Assembly: GCA_020137815.1 (NCBI GenBank)
Contig: CM035361.1
Coordinates: 2,046,001 to 2,110,000 of the forward strand
DNA length: 64,000 bases
Reading direction: 5' to 3'
Source of the DNA: Hormiphora californensis
Taxonomy: Eukaryota > Animalia > Ctenophora
The notes beneath the pieces are model-generated. The model ran no database searches, was not told the origin of the DNA, and saw only the letters and a list, made by a program, of their open reading frames with translations. The position numbers were made by a program, and so were the translations under genes. Shown in pieces: positions 1-10,600 of the stretch. Position 1 is the stretch's first letter. Every line of letters begins with the position of its first letter.

Positions 1-1239
1 CTTCTTAATTTGGCCATACTTAGTTCTGAAATGTTGATAAATTAATGATGAAATCTAGTGATAGATTAGTTTAACAATAATATTTGCACTAAGTATCCAA
101 AAATTCAATAATTACTTCAATCAATATAAATTATGTTTTTCAGCAAACACACTTACAATAGTTCCCCCTTTATTAGTGAAGCCACCACTGTCATAACATC
201 TTTAACACACTCGGGCGGGGCACTCAATGCTTTCATCTCTATCAGCACATACTTGATCATCTTGACATCAAACTCAGACTGATGGAAAGTAAGGGGTCAA
301 AACTAAAAGTTCAACGCCGAAAAAGTTCCTAAAAAAGGTTACAAAGATACTCAAAGAGAGGAACTTATCCGTCTAGTAAACTGGGGGGTTCGACAGCTCT
401 ACTACTTCACACACCTGTATCTCATCGCATGTAAGCTGGTAACAGTAAACCAGCTGGACCCACGTTGCCAATTTAGCAGCTGCTCCTCCCAATGTACCAC
501 TAACATGGTCAGGATGCAGTTGGACATTATCAGCAAACCTGTACAGGGCGGGGTCAAAATAGTTGTACCATGTTGTGAAACTGTACAGGGCGGGGTCAAA
601 ATAGTTGTACCATGTTGTAAAACTGTACAGGGTGGGGTCAGAATAGTTGCACCATGTTGTAAAACTGTACAGGGTGGGGTTAAAATAGTTGTACCAAGTT
701 GTAAATCTGTACAGGCCACAGGGTAGGGTCAAAATATAGGTGTTGGGTTGGGGGCGGTACGTGGTCAGACATGGTTCATGAGACAAAGTACAAAGTAATT
801 CAAGCACAAGGTTTTGTTTTGGGTCAAAGTAAAAGGTCTATCTCACATGAACTCACACTTAACACTTGTAAGCTACTGTATAGTAATATGAGCAGAGATA
901 GAGGAGAAGTTTCAGTTGTTGAGGTCAGAACAGAACTCTAGAAGTCAGAAGAGAACTCTGCTATAGGGAGTTTTCACATCTCACTAACTAACGCGGTATA
1001 CTTATGTGACACGCTGCATCGCAGAGTGGCACAAAAATAGTTGTACCATGTTGTCGGCAGTAGCCAAGAACATAGAATTTGTGCGGTAAAATATTATTTG
1101 AATTCTAAAACGAAGGATTTCTTACGTTTTGAGACTCTCAGTACATGGTCTTGGTAGGATTTCAGCAGTTGAAGTATTGATCTGGTAGATAGTCTTTTCT
1201 AATTCCTCGAGAAACGTGTCATACCTATGTGGGTATAAA

Positions 1240-1318
<79 letters not shown>

Positions 1319-1342
1319 GAGAGAGAGATAGAGAGAGAGAAA

Positions 1343-1430
<88 letters not shown>

Positions 1431-2632
1431 AAGGGACTCACTTGTAGGTCTTATGATCCTGTTGCAGTGTCAACATGACCGCTTGGTAAAGGTAATTCTG
1501 CAGAGCTGGAGGTTCCTCGACACTCCGTAAACAGGCCACAACATCATTAGAAATACTGTACTGTTTGATACTGTCTCTTATCTGGTAAAGAGGGGATAGT
1601 TAGAAATACTGTAATGTTTGATACTGCCTGGTAAAGAGGGGGTAGTATTTACTCTTATACGAGGTACAATCAATAAAGTTGTCGGCAACTGATTTACTGC
1701 TAGAGGCAGAGGCCCAAAAATGGCTTTTCTACGGAATATTTAGTTACCTTATTTAGTTTGGTTATATTTGGTTTCTCAGTGAGAGGGTCAAAGATGGACA
1801 ATGCCTGATCTTCCTCCTGCTGCTGTTCAGTATTTTGGGTGTCATCCGGCCTAGGGAAACAAAATACAAATTAGTAATTAAGAAAATCAATCAATAATAT
1901 CAATTATTAAATCTATGTTTGTATTTCTCTCTCTCTCCAATCCAAAAACTTACAAATTCTCTTCATCCTCTTGAACCTCTCCCTCCTCCCTAATATCAAT
2001 CTCAACTTCCTTGACCTTGACCAACCGACAGGGAACCGATCCACGACCCCAGGAATCCAAGGGTGTCCTCTCTGGCTCTAAAGAAGGAGTATTTTTGAGG
2101 GAATTAAATTGTGTACAAATAATTCGTTGTGTTGCCCAGCTGAGCGGCTCATAATGATGATCTCTCTCTCTCTATTGATTACTAACCGGCATCTTCCTCC
2201 CATTCAGTAGAATTCCCCTCCCCCGGGTCATACGCCAAAAACTGCCACTCCACCAACTTTTCCTGGACGTGAAGGAATTAAATCGGAAATGCGTTATTTT
2301 ACAAACTCTATTCTTAGGGTATCGATTGGCTATTTGAAATGGCGGCTAATTTGAAACAACCCCTCTATAACATAGTGCATGATAATTGATATGAGTTCAG
2401 AACTCATGCCAAGCCCACTGATGTCTAAAAATCCAAATCTGGTGCTTTTGCTGGCCTGTAGAGGAGGTGTTTCAAATTAGCCGCCATTTCAAATAGCCAG
2501 TAGCTACCTTATTAACAATTTAGTTTTTTAAACGTACAATGATATTTTGAGTCCACGCCAAGGAGTGAGGTATACACTGTTCGTCAATGTGCTTCTCGTG
2601 TATCACCTTCATTACGCCTGAGAGAGAGAGGT

Positions 2633-2721
<89 letters not shown>

Positions 2722-3186
2722 GAGAGACAGAGAGAGAGACAGAGAGAGAGGGAGATATAATAGAGGGACGGGGAGACAGAGACAGGGAAATACAGAGAAT
2801 GGAGGGGTAATCGTGGGCAAATAATGATTTCCCCAGAGAAATAAGTAGAAAAGAAATCTCACCTGACACCATTTCCTCAATAAGGTCACCAACCAGTTCC
2901 TCTCCATCTTCTAACTCAACTACGCCCAACCTAGAGATGGTCAGGTGGTTTACAAAAGGGTTATACAAAATATGATCAACGCGATATTATATTTCCAAGA
3001 CATTTCCAACTAATTTTTCAAGCCCTATAATGTCCTAGAATCTGCATCTTGGAACTTATATTTGTCAAGAACTCACCAGTCAGCCTCAGTGAATCTCCCG
3101 GGGAGAATGTCATTAGAGACGGGGGCAACTGGTGCCGGTGTAGAGCTGGTAGCAGTTGATGATCTAGTTCCCTTTCCCTTGCTCAT
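1..3186 (-). CDS. C2orf81 (DUF4639)-like protein fused to at least two dynein MTBD-like repeats; 11+ exons, runs off the window start
   Basis: GT-AG exons at ~3077-3186, 2863-2930, 2538-2617, 2187-2262, 1954-2077, 1738-1850, 1442-1581, 1125-1224, 415-538, 156-278 and 1-25 splice in frame. The N-terminus [29 protein letters not shown]...EQCIP...[12 protein letters not shown]...[21 protein letters not shown] follows the C2orf81 conserved block. Later exons give [48 protein letters not shown] and [23 protein letters not shown]. Confidence 0.8.
537..740 (-). repeat. 39-bp intronic minisatellite (~5 units), each unit ending in a 3' splice-site-like CCCTGTACAG on the minus strand
   Basis: The plus-strand unit aactgtacagggYggggtcaaaatagttgtaccatgttgtRa is repeated and abuts the exon 415-538 acceptor. 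Confidence 0.9.
1245..1432. repeat. (GA)n microsatellite
   Basis: Directly visible dinucleotide run in an intron. Confidence 0.98.
2316..2510. mobile_element. Small MITE-like inverted-repeat element
   Basis: tggctatttgaaatggcggctaatttgaaaca is mirrored by tgtttcaaattagccgccatttcaaatagcca. Confidence 0.7.
2641..2751. repeat. (GA)n microsatellite
   Basis: Directly visible. Confidence 0.98.
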
Positions 3187-3499
3187 CTCATGCTGCTCTT
3201 AGATGGACCTTTGGGCTAAATAGAAATAAATCATGAGAATATATGGTGTTGTCAGCTCTACCGATGGGGCAATGGGGTAATGTCTTCAATATGGAATTTA
3301 TCGCTCATCAATGCAGCGAGTGGTAGTTCGGCTGTTGTATAGAGAGAAGACACCGGATTCAAAACAAGAATTTCAACACTATTTACAAGGGGGATTTGTT
3401 TTACAATCGCTTCCTGAAGCAACAATTAGTAAATACATCATATACAGTCTCTCTGTTCCATCACTCTGGTACCATGATAGCCCATGACGAAGCCGTGTC

Positions 3500-4035
3500 C
3501 TACGAGGTAGCCTCGGTCTTCTTGGCTTGTTCTGCTAGTGCTTTCTCGATCTCAGCCCTGTGGATTAAGAAACAACATTTAGCACTTGAAATTAACCTGG
3601 TTTAAACTACGTTATGTAGTGGAAATATTGAATGTGTTGCCTACTTTTTGGCGGCATTTTCTGTTTCAATTCGCTTTCGCTCTTCCTCGAGTTCCGCTCG
3701 CTTTCGCTCCTCTTCTTCCAGTTGTTTCTTTTCCGCAGCTAACCGATCGTTGTTGGCTTTCTCCTGTAAGTTCGTGTGTCATTTTAATGGCACAAACTTT
3801 CAGTAATCAGCGGGGTCTAATGTTATCGGATATTTACTTTTAGTTAGTCTAAATAAGGTTTTCTACATACCTCTGCTTTCCTAATTTCATTTTCCTTGTA
3901 CCGCAGCAACCAAAGAGCGATATATTCAATGGGATCTGCAGGTCGTTTTAGAGCAACCTCCGTGAGGGCCTCAGTGAGAGGTGCTCCCACCCACCTTTTC
4001 AGGTAATCCGACTCTACAACTGAGGTTGATGACAT
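3500..4035 (-). CDS. DYDC1: DPY-30 domain-containing protein (DYDC1/2-like), 3 coding exons
   Basis: Exon 1 SDYLKRWVGAPLTEALTEVALKRPADPIEYIALWLLRY is a Dpy-30 motif. Exon ~3645-3763 gives the coiled coil EKANNDRLAAEKKQLEEEERKRAELEEERKRIETENAAKK. The last exon AEIEKALAEQAKKTEATS* has its TAG at 3500-3502. Confidence 0.88.
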
Positions 4036-4089
4036 ACTAATGGATGGAGATTACTAAAAAGTGTGGTTTTCAGTCTATCAGAGGGTGGT

Positions 4090-4400
4090 TTTGACGGTTA
4101 AGGTTCAATTTGGAACGAAAAAGTAAAAACGAAATTCAAAAAACTGCGAATTTTGAAAAAGTTCGTTTTTGAAAATTGGTTCGGAAAACTTTCGCGCGCG
4201 CCCCTGAATATTGCAGCGTTAAATGTGAAAACTTCGCGCCGGCTTTATATAAAATAAAATAGCCGCGCGAAAAACCAAACAAGAATATTTTAAAATGTTA
4301 AAAAATTTAAAAATTAAATTTTCAAATTCGTTTTTTTTAAATTTAAGAAAAAAAACTTCGGTTTTCTCGCCTCAGATCTGTTGCACCGACTTATCAACTA
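4090..4400. promoter_or_regulatory. Putative bidirectional promoter between DYDC (-) and lipase (+), with E2F-like CGCG motifs
   Basis: The divergent start codons are 635 bp apart. A/T tracts contain tttcgcgcgcg (~4190), ttcgcgcc (~4233) and gccgcgcgaaaa (~4262). Confidence 0.55.
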
Positions 4401-4669
4401 ACTCCCTATTTGTTCGTACGCTTAAAAAGGTTTTAAAACTCCATATTAGCATGATATGATGTGAATTTTGAATGAGTGACAAACCATGGGAATCAAAACG
4501 ATCTGCATTTTCCGGCTCCCCCATTACAGCATCCCTTAATGCTGCCTTTAGGTATGCAGTTTATCATTGAGATGGGTTATGCATTTTGTTTGTTTATAAT
4601 ATTAGCTCTGTTGAACGTTTTGAGCCCTAATTAATCCTTGTTTACAGGCTCTTGTGGGTGATTGAGAAG

Positions 4670-7600
4670 ATGTGGATGTTGATTGTACCTGCGTTGTGTC
4701 TCGTTAGCAGTGCCACCGTCTACCACCGAACCAAATCATTGCTCTACTCGACTTTATCTACCGGTAATGAAATAACAAAAAATAGAGAAGTTTCTCATTC
4801 AGATTCTCCCAAAGAATAATAATAATAATAATAATAATAATACACGTACTTATATTCCGCCCATACCGTCCAGGGGCAGCAGATCAAAATATAACTACTA
4901 CCACTGACGGCAATCAGAGCGGGATACAAAGTTAGAAAAAACACTCTCTTAGAAGACCAACTTGGAAAAACTGAATTAAAACGGCTCACATAATGTGGGG
5001 AAAAACTGATGACAATCACTGACTTAAATGGATAAAAGTCCCAAAATAATCCTGTATAGATCAAATTCACACTGCTTCACACAATATCCACTCGTGCTTC
5101 AAACCCTCAGAAAAATGCTGATTAAAAATCCGATACAAACTGTTCCAAACGAAAAGGAATGAAAAAACTGAATACAAGTCCTAAGGAGTACTTACACCTT
5201 CCGACGACCCAAATGCCTCCATAAACAGTCGGGTCTTCAGTCTTGTCTTGAAAGAGTCAACGAGCTGAATAGATCTCATGTCCAAGGGAAGGTCGTTCCA
5301 CAGGCTAGGCAAATACACAGACGGTCGCCTCCTCCTCAGTTTGGAACTGGCGTTGACACTAGAGAGCTTCGGGAACCGCAGCCTGAACTCGTCTGGAATA
5401 GCGGTGGCTCTCGTAAGGCGTAGACTATCCACCTCATCACACACTGGTACTCTGTCAGTTAGGTATTCCGGAGCTGTTCGATGAACAATCTTGTAGGCTG
5501 TAAGACAGGCTTTGAACACAATCCTCTGTTCAATAGGAAGGACATGCATTTCCTTCAGGTACGGCGTATAATCATCTTGATGTCCGTGAAGACCATACAC
5601 GAACCGAACACAGGAGTGTAGAGTCTTCTGTAGAAGGCTGATGTATTTCTTCGGAAGTCCATAGTACAGTATATTGCAGTAGTCTAACCTTGAAATAACT
5701 AGCTGTTTTACCAGCAGAATCCTCATAGAATGGTCTAAGCAGCGATTGACCTGCCAAAGGTTCCTCAGAATCATACCACACTGCCTCTTGACACTGTTAA
5801 CTTGCCGTTCCATAGTTAGTTGGCTGTCAAGATAGACGCCAAGGGTCTTTCCTGTAGTTCCTCTAAAGTCCACCGGAAAGATTTCCGTGTCTCCGAAAAC
5901 AAGTGAGGGCTCATAAGCTAGTTTCTCAAGTGCTCCATTCTTTCCAAGTAACAGTAGCTCCGTCTTCGCTTCATTACATCTCAGCCAGTGCTTCACCATC
6001 CAACTCTTCACCTCCTTTAAACAGTTCTCAGCGTTCTCCTTGACTTGAAGCCATCCTTCACCATCCTGAGGAACTAGACTCATGTACAATTGGGAGTCGT
6101 CTGCATAAAGTTTTATCTTCAGCCCATATCGTTCAACAAGGTCCTGAAGTTCTTCCACATACATTAGAAACAAGACAGGACCTAATAGTGAGCCCTGTGG
6201 CACACCACATACTAGCTTGACAATTCCAGAGAGGTTTCCTCGAACGTTGACCCTGTAGCTTCTGCTCCCCAAGTAACTCTCAAACCAACTGAGCGCCGCT
6301 CCACAGATGCCGAACCGACTGTTTAACACTTGGACCAGCATGGTATGATCTACCGTGTCAAAAGCAGCACTCATGTCTAATAGCAGAAGTGCCATAACAT
6401 TTCCTCTGTCCATTTCCTCAAGTAAATCCTCAAACATTCCAGTGAGTAGGGTTTCGCAGCTATGGCCAACTCTGTAGCCTGACTGGTTCTTGTTGAGTAG
6501 GCTGTTATCTTCAAGGTAGCAGGTCAGTTGATCCAGTACTACTTTCTCGAGAACCTTCGAGATGAACAGCAGATTCGACACTGGTCTGTAGTTCTGTAAG
6601 CTGTCACGGTCACCTTGAGCATTCTTAATCGTCGGGAACACCAGGGCTTGCTGGAACGAATCTGGAACAGTCGAGCTCACAATAGAGCCATTCACCAGTG
6701 CAGTAATCCACGGGGCGAATTCATGGATACATCTCTTAACCAACCAGGTAGGGATGATATCCAGGTCACAGGACTTGTCCGGCATATCCTTGATAAGGCC
6801 CTTAATATACTCCACAGAAACCTCCTCGAACTGAGCAAGTTTGCATTCTGGAAGAGTTTCCGTACTTTCACCATCCTCAAGATCAACTTGCTCCACCCGC
6901 ACTGATGTACGGATCTTATCCACTTTCCCACTGAAGAACTCAGCGAAGTCCTCTGCTAGCTTCTTATCACAACCAGCTTCCGGAAGCATACTCTCGGCCT
7001 TCCCAAGAAGACGATTAACCTTTCGCTGTAAACCCTTTGGATCGTCTTTAGACTCTTCTAGATCTTTCTTGTTGTATCCTAGCCTCGCATTCTTATCAAC
7101 TTTTCCAAACTGTCTCTTCAAGTCATTTAGCTGAGCCTTACGTATCGGAGTCTTGTTCTTCATCCAAGCACGCTCAGCACGTCTGCGTAGTCTTAGCGCC
7201 TCCTTGACACTATCATCCTCTCTCCACGGCTTAAACTTCTTCCCCTTTCGTCTCTTCTTCAGTTCAACAGTTCGGCTCACTAGATCACCAAGCACCTTCT
7301 CATAGATCCGGAAGTTTTCCTCAGGAGAATCCGCTACAAGAAGATCATCAAGTCCAAGGTTCCTCAATGCCTGCCTGAACAGTTCTGGATCAACAGATTT
7401 AAAATCTCTGTACATTTCAACTTGTCGTCTGCTCCGGAAGTCCACTGCTTCAGTATGAATAACAAGTTCACATAGAACCATGTAATGGTCCGATTCGGTG
7501 CCATTCCTCAGTATTTCCACAGATCCAAACTTCGCCTTAAGGTCACTCTGACAAATCACGAGATCCAGTGTTCCACCTCTAATGTGAGTCGGTTGACAAG

Positions 7601-10600
7601 GAGTAAGCTGTTCCAGTCCAAAGGAGTCCAAAAGTTTCAGGAACTTTTCAGCATAGAAGTCAGACAAGTCCTGTACTTGAAAGTTGAAATCACCCATCAA
7701 TACAGGGGATCCAGTCCGCAAGTTAAGCTCCGATAAGTAATCCACGAATTCCTCAAGAAACGATGCCGCAGTGAATCGTGCTTTTCCAGTGTAAGGAGGG
7801 CGATAAATGTTACACAATCGAACCATACCCTCACCCGATCCAACAAGCACTTCCTGGACCTGAAATGACTTAAACGCATTCCGGGTCGGAGATAGTCTGA
7901 CCTTGACTCCATCTCTGTACAAGACTCCAATCCCTCCACCTGCTCTTTCTGCCCTAGGAGATGAATAGATATTCCACCCATACTCTCTTATCTCTTGCAC
8001 TTTAGCAGTGTCTGAGTTCTTGAGGTAGGTCTCCTGCACCAGGCATATGTCACATTGATTATCCTCTAGGTGATCCAGAATCCCAGCTGTCTTGTTCATC
8101 AGCGAATGGACATTTAACGTGCCAATCCGCCATACCTTTTCATCTTCAGATCCTCCCATGCCCTCGTCAGATACAGGTTTTTTTGGTCCTTGGTTACTCC
8201 ATTAGTAGAATCCATCAGCCTTCCTCTGGCGTTCACATAAAATGGACACAGATTACTCGAAGCTGGATGAGTCTTTGCAAACTTCTTGTCCTCTTTACTT
8301 CCTCCTACATCACAATTGACACACTTCATTTTTCCTCCATCATTGTTCTTCCTGGAGTGACACTGACGGGTGTCATGGTCACCAGAACAAAATGCACAGA
8401 TAGGGCTCTTGTCCCTGTTCGGACAGTATACTGATCCAGCAACGTGACCATACCTCTGACAATGAAAACATTGTGTTACATAAAACCTGTTTCTGACAGT
8501 GTGCTGTTTAAGTTTGAGGAAAATCCTGTCCCTGTTATCAGAGATTGCTTTCCGAACTTCAGGAGGTACTTGAATAACAGCATACTTCCCAGCCTGGTTC
8601 ACATGAACAACCTTGATGGTATGACCAGATTCATGAAGTTGTTTTACCGTGTCATTCTTTTCACTCAGAATTGCTGCCATCAGTGCTTCTTTGTTTAGGA
8701 GATCATTGTCAAGATCATTTATCATCAGCCTGGGATCCTTCTTCTTCTCCTTTTCAACAACCGTGGTCACATCAAAGAGTGGAGATAATGCTTTCTCCGC
8801 TTCCATCATATCATTTTCCGTAGCAAAGAACAGCTGGGTATGCCTCTTGTTTACAGAGGTATCAAGAACAGGGATGTCCTTCAGAGCTGTCTCAACCTGT
8901 GGCTTGAGGAAGTCTGCCCATTTCTTCTCACATATCGGGGTCTCATTGTCCTCTTTGTCCTTGATGTTAACATAACGCTTACAAAGAAAGAAAAAAATTA
9001 TGAATTAGAAAGAATAACAGAACTTTTTGCACTTATCGAAAGTTCCATTTCCTCTTCCTAGTTATGTGTGGAACGATATGGTATACTTCACGTTATTATT
9101 TCCTGGGACGTGTCCCAAAATTCCTCACTCCGCAATTCAAGGAATGCACTTCGGTGGTACGTGATCTTCTCAGCGTCATTTTAGTTTTTTTAATCGCCTT
9201 AATATTTCAAATCGATTTCTTTCTGATCCTACTTTTTGTAATATGACTTATATTTGACAGGTTCGGATACTGATCCATAATATCAACACCAGACTAATAC
9301 GGAAGTACTCCTACCGTTATCCTCTTATAGTTAACCTTGGTGAGTTGTAGCTAGAGCGTGATGGTGTAACCATATTGCAACATTTAATTGTGATATTGTA
9401 AATTGTCTGTGCGGTTACACATGTAGCACATGTGTATAGTATTTGCGGCTGTAGGTAGATAGAGCTGTTTGAGTGACATGTGTGTGTGCAATCAATTTGT
9501 ATGCATTTATATTCTCTCTGTCTCCTCTATCTCTCCGTCTCCCTGTCTCCTCTATCTCTCCGTCTCTCTGTCTCCTCTATCTCTCCGTCTCTTGATTTCT
9601 TTCTCTCACAGAAATCTGTCCCTCTTGTTTCCAGTTTCCTATTAGGCGATTTTATGAATTTTTAGCTTTCTGTAATGTCGTTCCACATATTATGCATTTA
9701 CTATTTATTCAGTGTTTTATAGGTACAGCCGGACCCCGATTTACTGGGATGCTCGGGTGAAAGGGTTTTGCCCCGTGCCCGTTAAATTAGGGGTTTGACT
9801 GTATCATGATTGCTCACTGTGTTTTCTCCCTTCACCAGGTCTACTGACACGCTACCAGAAATGCCGTGTATTTGCCCGAGATTTGATCACAAAGATCGAA
9901 CCTGAAACCCTGGCTGACCTTTCTCGATTATATCGACTTTGCTGCTGCCTCATACGGTTAGTAGGTTTTGGTCAAACGAGATAGGGTTGAACACGGTAAA
10001 TCGTTAGTAGTGGCTTATTATATAAGGTGGTTTTCAATGAATGGGGTGATACTTCAAGTATCAAGTATCAGCTTGTACCGATGAGGTATCCAATTTATAG
10101 ACCAAAGTCGGGCTTTGAAAAAGGATACTGTGTCATCTTTAGAGCTAAAATATGAGAATAATGCACATAAAGGGCGTGTGTGTTTCTTAGAACTCTGACA
10201 ATGAGCAATACCAAGAAATCTCTAAGTGTGATATCACACCTCAATGAAATACAAAGATACAAAATAACACGTGTCAGTGCAGCTAGGCTGTAGGGTTAAA
10301 AATACTACTGTACTCCATAATATACCTCTAGTACCAACCATACTTCCAGGTGTATTATTCTACCCCAGCCATGTGAAATCAGTCTTCCAAAGGATATTCA
10401 CCACGACAAGTTTCACTAGTTTTCATACTAGTGTCAGTAAAGATGTGATCTCCAAAATGACGGGAATTCCTCCTGATAGTATAATTGTGGTAAGTGGGAA
10501 ATACGGTGTGGTTTGGACATAAATTGGGCCCTTACAAAGATATTTTGGCTTCACATCCCACGTCGTAGTGTAGTGAGTACAATTAGGAAATGTGAAACGT

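Larger units (their letters stand above)
4815..9300 (-). mobile_element. L2-group non-LTR retrotransposon, antisense in a lipase intron
   Basis: The (TTA)n 3' tail is at 4815-4840, followed by a 3' UTR, an intact APE-RT ORF2 and a zinc-knuckle ORF1. The 5' boundary is uncertain (8980-9300 is degraded). Confidence 0.93.

Noticed and set aside
1719-1737. Possible 19-nt micro-intron (gtaactaaatattccgtag, minus strand)
   Set aside because: Splicing from the same donor to the acceptor at ~1582 gives the MTBD-like frame, whereas the micro-intron reading runs into a stop.
9920-9940. +1 frameshift in lipase exon 2 (removing one base gives [12 protein letters not shown]) as programmed frameshifting or proof of a pseudogene
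   Set aside because: A similar single-base excess occurs in the ACBD3 exon near 29290, and several regions are visibly noisy. Consensus error is more parsimonious, and a read-level check is needed.
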